From the NCBI GenBank assembly GCA_036676495.1, contig JAKFCT010000001.1, positions 26,335-90,334 on the forward strand: a stretch of DNA of 64,000 nt. Direction: 5' to 3'. Shown here in pieces: positions 35,592 through 44,418 of this stretch. This stretch comes from Candidatus Sericytochromatia bacterium. Its GTDB lineage: Bacteria > Cyanobacteriota > Sericytochromatia > S15B-MN24 > UBA4093. Every line of letters starts with the position of its first letter. Position 1 is the first letter of the stretch. The notes beneath the pieces are model-generated. The model was not told the origin of the DNA and ran no database searches. It saw only the letters and a list, made by a program, of their open reading frames with translations. The translations under genes and the position numbers were made by a program.

Positions 35592-36401
35592 CTAGAACCG
35601 GAGATCCTTGATCAGGCGGTTCTCTCGGTCGAACCAGCGCTCGCGCGTCACGTTGCCGATCGCGTCATGGTCGAATTCCTTGCGGAGGCTCACCTTGCCG
35701 GCCTCGTTTAGCGCTTCGATCTTGGTGACGCGGTCCTTGGGGCCGTAGGTGTAGGAGTAGCCCCCGCGCGGAGTTCCGTCCGGCGAGTGCCAGCGACGCG
35801 ATAGGACGTTGCCCTTGGCGTCATGCCGGTAGGTGTGAAAGCCTTCAAGCTGGTTTCGCGGCCCGTAGAGGTGCTGGCTCACCACCTCGCCGCGATCGTC
35901 GTAAGCGTAGGCGAAGCGCCGGATCATGCGGTGCTGCTCGTCGTACCAGGTTTCGTCCGCGACCTGGGCACGGTAGTTGTAATCCGACTTGATGGTGTAG
36001 AAGAGGGAGCCGTCCTGGCGATACTCCGCGCGCCATGCCATCAAGCCTGTCCACTCGTCGAAGACGTAGCGGTGGTAGTTGTCGAAGCGGCCGTAGCGAT
36101 CGACCCAGATGGAATCGACGAGCCCTTCTCCCTCGTAGCGGTAGTAGCGCTTGCTGGGCTTCGAGAACTCCCGGGTGTGCTTCTCGAAGTAGATCACCCG
36201 GCCCTCGGGATCATAGTGAAACGCCTGGTGATCCGTGGGCACCTGGCCGGCAGGGAATTCACCGTAGCCGATCACGCGACCGAACTCATCAATCCGGCCA
36301 ATCGTGAAGTACCGGACGGAGACGATGCGCGCCCGGATCTCGGCATCGAGATCCGCGAGGCTCGGCAGCCGAACCGCCCTGTCCTGGATAGCTCCCCCCA
36401 T
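35592..36401 (-). CDS. YD/Rhs-type beta-hairpin repeat protein
   Basis: AAGGAGG RBS before ATG 36401; repeated YDxxG.V motifs (YDPEGRV, YDDRGEV, HDAKGNV, HDAIGNV). Confidence 0.8.
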   Translation of the reverse strand: MGGAIQDRAVRLPSLADLDAEIRARIVSVRYFTIGRIDEFGRVIGYGEFPAGQVPTDHQAFHYDPEGRVIYFEKHTREFSKPSKRYYRYEGEGLVDSIWVDRYGRFDNYHRYVFDEWTGLMAWRAEYRQDGSLFYTIKSDYNYRAQVADETWYDEQHRMIRRFAYAYDDRGEVVSQHLYGPRNQLEGFHTYRHDAKGNVLSRRWHSPDGTPRGGYSYTYGPKDRVTKIEALNEAGKVSLRKEFDHDAIGNVTRERWFDRENRLIKDLRF

Positions 36402-36855
36402 GTGCCCTCCTTCGACTGACCACCAAACCCGTGACCTTCGCACGATCACGCGATCTACCGAGGTCTTACCCGCACTCCGGCGGGGTGCTACTAAGTAGTT
36501 TGCACGGATTTACATCACATCCATGCCGCCTCCCCGTCGAGCTTCTTCCCGTCTCCTTGCTGGACTGACGCGGCCGGAGGGGCCTCAGTCGCGCCCTATT
36601 CCGCGCGAACTCCCCCCATGCAACCGAGGGCGCCGAAGAAATCCCGCAGGCAGAGGGTATAGTAGACGTGGCGCTCGATCGGTTTCGATCGCGCATGCGT
36701 TTTGCAGATTTAACAGAATCCAAAAATAGGTTTGACACTTCGATAAGCAACTGAAAGCCAAAATCGAACGATATGTCCTTCAGCGAGATGCAAGCTCACT
36801 CAAGGGCTTACGAAAGGTACTAGCGGCTCACGGGCCGGAAGAAAGGGGACCTCAG

Positions 36856-38013
36856 ATGGTTCACACGGTAGATGGCGGGGGATCCGTTCGGCGGAACTTC
36901 CATCCCGCGGATTTGAACAAAGATGGCAAGGTGACCCGTTCCGAGGCCCAGCAGTACGTCGATAAGAAAGTTCCCGCTGCCAAGCCCGAGGGAGAGTTCA
37001 AGACGCCCGTTGCCAAGCCCAAGGGAGAGTACAAGACCCCCGTTGCCGACCCCAAGGGAGAGTTCAAGACGCCCGTCGCGAAACCCAAGGAGGACGTCAA
37101 CGCCACCCGCTACCCGACGGTGGGCGAGCACATCGAGAATACGCTGACCGAGGCCAAGAACGAGTTCTTCGAGAGCGCCAAGATCGCCGGCGTCATGGCG
37201 ATTCCCGGCGTCAACGTCGCCGCTGGCGTGGTCTATGCCCGCCACATGAGCGAAGCCCGCAAGGAGATCGCCCAGCTGCCCATGGATCCCGAGGGCAAGT
37301 GGAAGGACAAGGCGCGCGACATCATCAGCCGGCACCACGAGGCGGCGGAGGATGAGATCATCGCCCTGCCCGGCAAGGTGGTCGATGGGGCGGTGGATGC
37401 CGTGGACAAGGTCGTCGACGGGGCGGTGGACACCGCCGAGGCCGTCTGGGGCGGCGTCACCGACGCGGCCGAGGCCGCCTGGGACTTCGCCAAGACCGAA
37501 GTCCCCCGCGCCGCCAAGGAACTCGGCCGGGACGCCGCGGTGCTCGCCATCATGGCCAACCCGCTGGGCGCCGTCCCGAGCGGCGTGATCATCAGCAACC
37601 ACATGGCCCAGGCCAACAAGCGCATCATGGACCTGCCCATGGATCCCGAAGGCAAGTGGAAGAGCGAAGCCCGCGCGATCGTCCGCGAGGAGATGGCCGA
37701 GGCCAAGCAAGAGATTCTCGACCTGCCCGGCAAGGCCTGGCAAGGCGTCAAGGACGTTTCGAACTCCATCTACACCGGAGCGCGGAACGCCGTGGTCGCC
37801 ACCGGCGAGGCCATCGTCGATGCCGGTGAAGCCGTCGTCGATGGCGTCGTGATGGCCGGAGAGGCCATCGTCGATGCCGGAGAAACGGTCGTCAAGACCG
37901 TGGACAAGGCCATCGATCAGACCGTCGCCGAGATCACCGAGAACTTCGAAAAGGCCCGCAAGGGCTTGGGCGGCGCTTTCGAGCGCTTCGGCCGCTGGAT
38001 CGCCGGCAACTAG
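36856..38013 (+). CDS. repeat-rich protein with N-terminal EF-hand and internal duplication
   Basis: DLNKDGKVTRSE; 3x KPxGE[FY]KTPVA; 2x LPMDPEGKWK; amphipathic GEAIVDA repeats. Confidence 0.85.
   Translation: MVHTVDGGGSVRRNFHPADLNKDGKVTRSEAQQYVDKKVPAAKPEGEFKTPVAKPKGEYKTPVADPKGEFKTPVAKPKEDVNATRYPTVGEHIENTLTEAKNEFFESAKIAGVMAIPGVNVAAGVVYARHMSEARKEIAQLPMDPEGKWKDKARDIISRHHEAAEDEIIALPGKVVDGAVDAVDKVVDGAVDTAEAVWGGVTDAAEAAWDFAKTEVPRAAKELGRDAAVLAIMANPLGAVPSGVIISNHMAQANKRIMDLPMDPEGKWKSEARAIVREEMAEAKQEILDLPGKAWQGVKDVSNSIYTGARNAVVATGEAIVDAGEAVVDGVVMAGEAIVDAGETVVKTVDKAIDQTVAEITENFEKARKGLGGAFERFGRWIAGN
36979..37089 (+). repeat. 33-bp coding tandem repeat, about 3.3 copies
   Basis: GCCAAGCCCGAGGGAGAGTTCAAGACGCCCGTT units at 36979, 37012, 37045. 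Confidence 0.9.
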
Positions 38014-38028
38014 CCCTCTAGCCAATGC

Positions 38029-38060
38029 GAGGGGCCCGGGTCGAACGACCCGGGCCCCTC
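38029..38060. terminator. hairpin between convergent genes
   Basis: GAGGGGCCCGGGTCG / CGACCCGGGCCCCTC. Confidence 0.7.
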
Positions 38061-38084
38061 TCGCTTGATCAACCGCTGCGGGCG

Positions 38085-39395
38085 CTAGACCGCGGCAGCC
38101 TGGCGCTTCGCCATCAGGCGCTCGATCTCGTCGATTGCCTTCGGCACCTCATGGGTGAGCACCTCGTGGCCCGCCGCCGTGACCAGGACGTCGTCCTCGA
38201 CGCGGATGCCGATGCCCCAGTACTTCGGGTCGACGCCTTCCGAGCCCTCGGCGATGTAGAGGCCGGGCTCCACCGTCAGCACCATGCCGGGCTCCAGCGC
38301 GCGCCACTCGCCGTCGATCTTGTAGCGGCCCACGTCGTGAACGTCGAGGCCGATCCAGTGGCTGGTCTTGTGCATGTAGAAGCGGCGGTAGTCGCCATTT
38401 TCGATCAGCGCGTCGACCTCGCCTTGCAGGATGCCGAGACGAACGAGCCCTTCGGTCAGGACCCGGACGGCCGTGTCGTGAACGCCCTGGTACGAGCGTC
38501 CCGGCTGGACCTGGGCGATCGCCTCCAGCTCCGCCTGCAGCACGATCTCGTAGATCTCCCGCTGAGCCGGGCTGAAGCGCCCGTTCACGGGGAACGTGCG
38601 GGTGATGTCCGAGGCGTAGAACTCGTACTCCGCTCCCGCGTCAATCAGGACCAGGTCCCCGTCCTTCATCTCGGCGTCGTTCTCGACGTAGTGGAGGATG
38701 CAGCCGTTGTCGCCGGAGCCCACGATCGAGCCGTAGGAAGGGCCCATGGCGCCGCGCTTGCGGAAGATGTACTCGATCTCGGCCTGAAGCTCGAACTCGC
38801 GCATGCCGGGATGGGCCGTCTGCATGGCCCGGGTATGGGCCTCCGCCGCGATGGACGCGGCCTTGCGCATCCGCTCGATCTCCTCGGGGCCCTTGTGCAG
38901 GCGGGCCTCATGCAGGTACTCGCTGGGATCGATCAGGGTGGTGGGAGCCGTGACGCCCTGGCGGGCCTTGGCGCGCACCTTCCCGAGCCAGCCCATCACC
39001 CGGGCGTCGAACTCGGAGTCCTTGCCCAGGCGGACGTAGAGGCTCTCTTGATTCTCGAGGTAGAGCGGAAGGATCTGGTCGATCTCGGAGATCGGATAGG
39101 CGGCGTCCGCGCCGAAGTCGCGGACCGCGCCCTCGGTGCCGGCTCGGCGGCCGTCCCAGGTCTCGCGCTCCGGGTCCCGGGGCCTCACGAAGAGGATGAC
39201 CTGATGCTCGGGGTGGTTGGGGACGAGCAAGAGCACGGCTTCGGGCTCCTTGAAGCCGGTCAGGTAGAAGAAATCGGAGTCCTGGCGGTACTCGAAGTCG
39301 AGATCGGCGGTCCGGTTTCGGATGGGTGCGGACGGAATGATGGCCACGGCGGAGCCGATGGCCTGCATGAACTTCTCGCGGCGAGCTTGGAACAC
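38085..39395 (-). CDS. pepP: Xaa-Pro aminopeptidase
   Basis: RQDSDFFYLTG, DAGAE, DITRT, HWIGLDVHD, VEPG, RVEDD; GTG start with AAGGAGG. Confidence 0.94.
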   Translation of the reverse strand: MFQARREKFMQAIGSAVAIIPSAPIRNRTADLDFEYRQDSDFFYLTGFKEPEAVLLLVPNHPEHQVILFVRPRDPERETWDGRRAGTEGAVRDFGADAAYPISEIDQILPLYLENQESLYVRLGKDSEFDARVMGWLGKVRAKARQGVTAPTTLIDPSEYLHEARLHKGPEEIERMRKAASIAAEAHTRAMQTAHPGMREFELQAEIEYIFRKRGAMGPSYGSIVGSGDNGCILHYVENDAEMKDGDLVLIDAGAEYEFYASDITRTFPVNGRFSPAQREIYEIVLQAELEAIAQVQPGRSYQGVHDTAVRVLTEGLVRLGILQGEVDALIENGDYRRFYMHKTSHWIGLDVHDVGRYKIDGEWRALEPGMVLTVEPGLYIAEGSEGVDPKYWGIGIRVEDDVLVTAAGHEVLTHEVPKAIDEIERLMAKRQAAAV

Positions 39396-39563
39396 GTTGC
39401 CCCTCCTTGTTAAAGATCCGGTCTCCGTTGTACCAGATCCCGGAGCGGGGCGGAAGGGGAAGCGAGATTCGAGGGGGCGATCGCCCCTTCGACGCGTTAG
39501 GGAAGGCCTATCCAAGGGCATGAAGGGCATGCAAGTCTCTTTACCCCCACAGGCACCTGATCC

Positions 39564-39893
39564 ATGACCCAACGTTACTCCATCGTCCTGCGCGCCGTTC
39601 ACGACGGGCTCGGGACGGCTCATGACCGTGAACTCGTCGTCCCCAGCGTCTTCGGCCCCGATCTCGTCGGCTCTCAGACGCTCCTGCCGGCCTTTCGGGC
39701 CCGCGTCAGCGAAGAGCCCGCCCGGACCGCCCTCGAATGGGCCAGCGACATCTGGCGCTCCGCGTGGGCGGGGGATCCCCTCGAGATGGACCTCTCCTAC
39801 GTTCAGCTGCTGGAAGAGTTCCTGCTTTCCCTCATCGACCTTCCCCCCGGCGCCGAGGTGGGCTTCAACGCCCAGCCCGTCACGGCCGGGTAA
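39564..39893 (+). CDS. hypothetical protein (109 aa)
   Basis: Open frame with GC-ending codons. Confidence 0.6.
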   Translation: MTQRYSIVLRAVHDGLGTAHDRELVVPSVFGPDLVGSQTLLPAFRARVSEEPARTALEWASDIWRSAWAGDPLEMDLSYVQLLEEFLLSLIDLPPGAEVGFNAQPVTAG

Positions 39894-40155
39894 TCGCCGC
39901 GGGCAACTCCTCCAAGGGGACGTCGTAGGCGATCGGTTCGTAATCCGCGTGCTGATGCCGGATGTACGGCTCTTTGGGGTAGACTGAACCGCTCACGAGC
40001 GGAGCCGGCTCCGCCGGCACGATGTCCGGCAGGTACTCGGGGTGGCTCGCCCCGTCGAAGATCACGAACCGCACCATGCCTCCCGGATCCATCAGCTCGA
40101 CCGCCACCTCGGGATGATCGCGCGTCAACCGGGAAATGCGCTCCACCTCGTTCAT
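39880..40155 (-). CDS. hypothetical protein (91 aa)
   Basis: AAGGAGG RBS; acidic and Pro-rich. Confidence 0.7.
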   Translation of the reverse strand: MNEVERISRLTRDHPEVAVELMDPGGMVRFVIFDGASHPEYLPDIVPAEPAPLVSGSVYPKEPYIRHQHADYEPIAYDVPLEELPAAITRP

Positions 40156-40407
40156 GACGCCCTCCTTCCTGCCGTTCCGACCGCCATGGCCGATTCTATC
40201 GACCTGCGCGCCGTCGGCAATGCCGTCTCGCTTCCCGGGGTCTCGAGAGCGTTCGAGAGGGCCTTTCTGATAGAATGGAAGCGACCGGTTTCACGCGAGA
40301 CCATCGGTTCACGCGGGTGCCGACCGCCCCGATCCCGCCACGGGGTCGCCCGGCCTCGGATCGCGCCTCGCGCCCGCAGTTATCGCATCATCACTGAGGA
40401 GACTACG

Positions 40408-41952
40408 ATGACCTCTGGGACCCAAACCCACGACTCCCAGTCCCTGCACGCCATGCGCGAGCAGATCCGGCAGGGAGGGGCCGCCAAGTATCATGAAAGC
40501 GCCAAGAAACAGGGCAAGCTCTTCGTCCGCGAACGGCTGAGCCTGCTTTTCGATGAAGGCTTCGAACTCGAAGACGCCATGTTCGCCAACTGCATGGCGG
40601 GTGATCTGCCTGCCGACGGCGTCTACACCGGCCTCGGCAAGATCAACGGCCGCACCGTCGCCGTGATGGCCAACGACTCCACCGTCAAGGCCGGATCGTG
40701 GGGCTCGCGAACCGTCGAGAAGATCCTGCGCATCCAGGAGACTGCCGCCAAGCTGCAAGTCCCCATGCTCTACCTCGTGGACTCGGCGGGCGCCCGAATC
40801 ACCGACCAGGTCGAGATGTTCCCGGGCCGGCGCGGCGCGGGGCGCATCTTCTACAACCAGGTCAAGATGTCCGGCACCGTTCCCCAAGTATGCCTGCTCT
40901 TCGGGCCTTCGGCCGCGGGCGGCGCCTACATTCCCGCGTTCTGCGACATCGTCGTGATGGTCGAGGGCAATGCCTCGGCCTACCTCGGCAGCCCCCGCAT
41001 GGCCGAGATGGTCATCGGCGAGAAGGTCACCCTCGAAGAGATGGGCGGCGCTCGCATGCATTGCTCGACCTCGGGCGTCGGCGACGTCCTCGCCAAGACC
41101 GAAGAAGAGGCCATCGCCTTCCTCAAGAAGTACCTGGAGTTCTTCCCCCAGAACTACCTGAGCAAGGCCCCGGTGATCCCGTCCGTCGCTCCCAAGGCCG
41201 GCAAGAAGATCTCCGAGATCGTCCCCACCAACCAGAACCAGCCCTTCAACATGATCGACCTCATCGATCAAGTGATCGACGAGGGCTCCTTCGTCGAGAT
41301 CAAGAAGCTCTTCGCCCAGGAGATGATCACGGGCTTCGCGCGGATCGGCGGCAGGCCGGTCGGCATTCTCGCCAACCAGCCCCGCGTCAAGGGCGGCGTG
41401 CTCTTCACCGACACAGCCGACAAGGCCACGCGCTTCATCTGGCTCTGCGACGCCTTCAACATTCCCCTGCTCTTCCTGATGGACGTGCCGGGCTTCATGA
41501 TCGGCTCCAAGGTCGAGCGCGAGGGCATCATCCGCCACGGCGCCAAGATGGTCTCGGCCGTCTCGGACGCCACCGTGCCCAAGGTCTCGGTCATCGTCCG
41601 CAAGGCCTACGGCGCGGGCCTCTACGCCATGGCGGGCCCCGCCTTCGAGCCGGATGCCTGCATCGCGCTGCCCACCGCCAAGATCGCGGTCATGGGTCCC
41701 GAAGCGGCGGTGAACGCCGTTTACGCCAACAAGATCGCCGAGCTTCCCGAGGCCGACCGGGCCGCCTTCATCGCCGAGAAGCGCGCCGAGTACGAAGCGG
41801 ACATCGACCTGTACCGCCTCGCCTCGGAGATGGTGATCGACGACGTGGTCGAGCCGGACATGCTCCGCGACGAGCTCATCAAGCGCTTCGCCGCGTACGA
41901 GAGCAAGGTCGTGCCGCCTGCTCCCAAGCGCCGTTCGGTGCTGCCGGTCTAA
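40408..41952 (+). CDS. acyl-CoA carboxylase beta (carboxyltransferase) subunit, methylcrotonyl/propionyl-CoA type
   Basis: DSAGARI, AGGAYIP, DVPGF, KAYGAG; GAGGAG RBS before ATG 40408. Confidence 0.93.
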   Translation: MTSGTQTHDSQSLHAMREQIRQGGAAKYHESAKKQGKLFVRERLSLLFDEGFELEDAMFANCMAGDLPADGVYTGLGKINGRTVAVMANDSTVKAGSWGSRTVEKILRIQETAAKLQVPMLYLVDSAGARITDQVEMFPGRRGAGRIFYNQVKMSGTVPQVCLLFGPSAAGGAYIPAFCDIVVMVEGNASAYLGSPRMAEMVIGEKVTLEEMGGARMHCSTSGVGDVLAKTEEEAIAFLKKYLEFFPQNYLSKAPVIPSVAPKAGKKISEIVPTNQNQPFNMIDLIDQVIDEGSFVEIKKLFAQEMITGFARIGGRPVGILANQPRVKGGVLFTDTADKATRFIWLCDAFNIPLLFLMDVPGFMIGSKVEREGIIRHGAKMVSAVSDATVPKVSVIVRKAYGAGLYAMAGPAFEPDACIALPTAKIAVMGPEAAVNAVYANKIAELPEADRAAFIAEKRAEYEADIDLYRLASEMVIDDVVEPDMLRDELIKRFAAYESKVVPPAPKRRSVLPV

Positions 41953-41965
41953 CCCATTCGCAGTG

Positions 41966-42003
41966 AGGACGAGGGGGAGGCGATGCCTCCCCCTCGTCCT
42001 TTT
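41966..42003 (+). terminator. rho-independent terminator
   Basis: AGGACGAGGGGGAGGC / GCCTCCCCCTCGTCCT followed by T run. Confidence 0.8.
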
Positions 42004-42047
42004 GCATGGCAAGCCGTCCAATCTCCCGAGGGGCCCTCACGCCGACG

Positions 42048-42389
42048 CTACGGAGCTCCGGGTCCGCCGAGTGGCGATCCCCCGGGCCCCTGAGGCGTCC
42101 CTTCACCGGGAGTCCCGTCCTCCTCGGGAGTCGGACTCAACGAGGGGCCCGGTGACGGATACGGAGTGGCCGGCGGAACACCCCCTCCCCCACCGGGAGG
42201 GACGCTCTGAACCGCGCTCGGCTGCGGCTGAGGCTGACCGGATCCCGGCTGGCCGGATCCCGGCTGACCAGCGCCGCCGCCACCACCGGGGGATTCGCCT
42301 CCACAGCTGATGAGCCCCCCGATGAGGCCGATGGCCGCAACCCCGGCGAGGCCTCGGATACGCCGGTCCATGGACGTGCTCGATCGCAT
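42048..42389 (-). CDS. small Gly/Pro-rich lipoprotein
   Basis: GGAGGAGG RBS; LISC lipobox-like; GQPGS repeats. Confidence 0.65.
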   Translation of the reverse strand: MRSSTSMDRRIRGLAGVAAIGLIGGLISCGGESPGGGGGAGQPGSGQPGSGQPQPQPSAVQSVPPGGGGGVPPATPYPSPGPSLSPTPEEDGTPGEGTPQGPGGSPLGGPGAP

Positions 42390-42523
42390 GATCGCACCTC
42401 CTCCTGGGCTTCCCGCGTTCGCCATCCTAGGTCCCGGAGAACCGGGGCGCATCGACACCGTGTCCAAACCATCCAGGAAATCTCTGGAGAATCGAACGAA
42501 GCCCCGAGGGCTCCCAAGACGAG

Positions 42524-42553
42524 GCAGGCCTCCCCCTTCCGGGGGAGGCCTGC
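42524..42553 (-). terminator. hairpin downstream of glycoside hydrolase gene
   Basis: GCAGGCCTCCCCC / GGGGGAGGCCTGC. Confidence 0.65.
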
Positions 42554-42566
42554 GCGGGAACTCGGC

Positions 42567-44216
42567 TTACGGGGTGATCTCGAAGATCGTGACGGAAGCC
42601 CGGGGGAAGGTGTAGGCCTTGCTGAGGTTTGCCGAAGCGGACGAGACCGAGGTGTTGGTGTGGTCGGAAGCCCAACCGTTCGAGCCCTTGAGAACATGGG
42701 CGGTGGCGGCCTTCGGGGTGAAGCCGAGCGCGACGTTGGTCGTCACGTCGGAGTCGTTCGTGCGGTTGGTGACCATCACGTAGACCTTGCCGTCACGTCC
42801 CTTCGAGGCGGTGAAGGCGAGCTTGGGCATGTCGATGGAGTCCGAAGGCCCCTTCACGTGCACCGAGGGAATGGCCTGGCCTTCGACCTTGACGACCGTG
42901 TCGCCCCAGGTCTTGGCGAGCAGCTTGTTGAACATGAAGATCGGAGTGACCGTGTTGGGGTCGTTGCCCACGAAGAACGAGGCATCCGCCATGTCCTGGT
43001 GATCGATGCAGAACTGGTTGGCGATCCGGATGTCATGCTTGAAGGCCAAGGTCAGCGTATCCGCCGAGTAGAGCGCTCCGAACATGCCGCGGGCGGTCTT
43101 CACGTCGTTGTACATCTCGGTGAAGAACTCCGTGTTGGCGATGTAGACGTCCTTCTTGGCGTACTTCTCGATGGCCGGGACGATCTCGTTGGTGAGCAGG
43201 CGATCGTTCCAGGCGTTCTGCGCCATGATGGTCATCTTGTCGCCGCCCTTGTTGGCGATGGGCCAGCTGGGGTAGCCGTGGTAGATCAGGAAGTCCACGT
43301 CCTCGCCCATGGTCTGGAGGATGTTCTTCACACCCTGCCCCTTGGGCGCCCAGCCCTCTCCCATCCAGTTGGAGTTGGTCGAGGCGACGGCCCCGATCTG
43401 GATGGGGACCGGCGACGCCTTGCGCATGGCCTGGGCGAACTGCTTGGCCCGCTGGGCGTACTTGATGTCGGTCGAGGCGTACTCTTTGTGGCCGCGGACC
43501 TTGGACCAGGAGATCTCGTTGCCGATCTCGAAGAACTTGGCGTTCTGGACCGGGTAGGGGTACTTGGCCCGGTTGGCGTCGTTGGGGTTGTTGAGGTACG
43601 AGACGTAGCGCGCCGCCTCCTCGGGAGAGCCGGTGCCGAAGTTCACGACGTGAAGTTGCTCGGCGTCCAGGGTGTTGGCTTCCCTGAGGGCGTTGCGGAT
43701 ATCGTCGTACGGGTAGCCGCCGTTCTTGTTCCAGTGCTTCTCGAAGTGGTAGCCGGTCATGTAGTTGTAGTCGTGGCGGCCGTCGGTGGGGCCATGGCCG
43801 ATCCGGTACATGTAGCGCGCCCCGCCCCAGTCCGGGCGCAGCTCCTTGAGCTTCTCCAGCTTGGCGGCGCCGTTGGGGAAGTAATCCGTGACATGGTTGC
43901 GGTTGGTCGCGAGCACGAAGCTGCTGGCGGGGTGCATCGCCTGGTTGACGAAGACCTTGATCCCGCTGGATCCCGCGGGGAGGGAGGGAGGCAGAGCCGC
44001 CACGGGCGGCACCTGGGGAGCCGGTTGCGAGGTGCCGGGCTGGGTCCCGGGCTGGGAGCCGCCGAAACCGGGGAATTCGATGCTTCCGACGTTGCCGGGA
44101 AGCGGAATGCTGATGGGGCCCGTGCTGGGGAGGTTGGGAAGGGAGGCCTCGCCACAGCCGGCCACCATGGAAACCAACACGACGGACGAGAGGAGCGGCA
44201 GGGTCTTGCGTTGCAT
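42567..44216 (-). CDS. clan GH-A glycoside hydrolase lipoprotein (GH51 arabinofuranosidase-like)
   Basis: VAGC lipobox; VNFGTGSPEEAA, FEIGNE, NTEF, C-terminal beta-sandwich. Confidence 0.8.
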   Translation of the reverse strand: MQRKTLPLLSSVVLVSMVAGCGEASLPNLPSTGPISIPLPGNVGSIEFPGFGGSQPGTQPGTSQPAPQVPPVAALPPSLPAGSSGIKVFVNQAMHPASSFVLATNRNHVTDYFPNGAAKLEKLKELRPDWGGARYMYRIGHGPTDGRHDYNYMTGYHFEKHWNKNGGYPYDDIRNALREANTLDAEQLHVVNFGTGSPEEAARYVSYLNNPNDANRAKYPYPVQNAKFFEIGNEISWSKVRGHKEYASTDIKYAQRAKQFAQAMRKASPVPIQIGAVASTNSNWMGEGWAPKGQGVKNILQTMGEDVDFLIYHGYPSWPIANKGGDKMTIMAQNAWNDRLLTNEIVPAIEKYAKKDVYIANTEFFTEMYNDVKTARGMFGALYSADTLTLAFKHDIRIANQFCIDHQDMADASFFVGNDPNTVTPIFMFNKLLAKTWGDTVVKVEGQAIPSVHVKGPSDSIDMPKLAFTASKGRDGKVYVMVTNRTNDSDVTTNVALGFTPKAATAHVLKGSNGWASDHTNTSVSSASANLSKAYTFPRASVTIFEITP

Positions 44217-44418
44217 GAACAGAAGGTATTCCTTTCTGAATGGGTCCCCGTGATTGAAAAGACGGGAAATGGCGGGGTTCTGGTTCAGCAGGACTTCGGT
44301 CACCCCTTGGACTTGCCGTTCAGCAACGCTTCTATACCCCGCCACGCGTAAAGTTACGTGTCGCTTACCAACTCTTAACGATTGTGAGGAGCCGATTTCC
44401 CGGGATCACGCGCCCCGC

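Noticed and set aside
36491-36519. CTAAGTAGTTT shared with 5583-5593, and a CRP-like TGTGA-N6-TCCGT
   Set aside because: Only two copies of the 11-mer and a poor second CRP half-site; insufficient support
40286-40315. Direct repeats CGGTT(T)CACGCG downstream of a TAGAAT box
   Set aside because: Plausible operator, but GC-rich, imperfect and seen only at this locus
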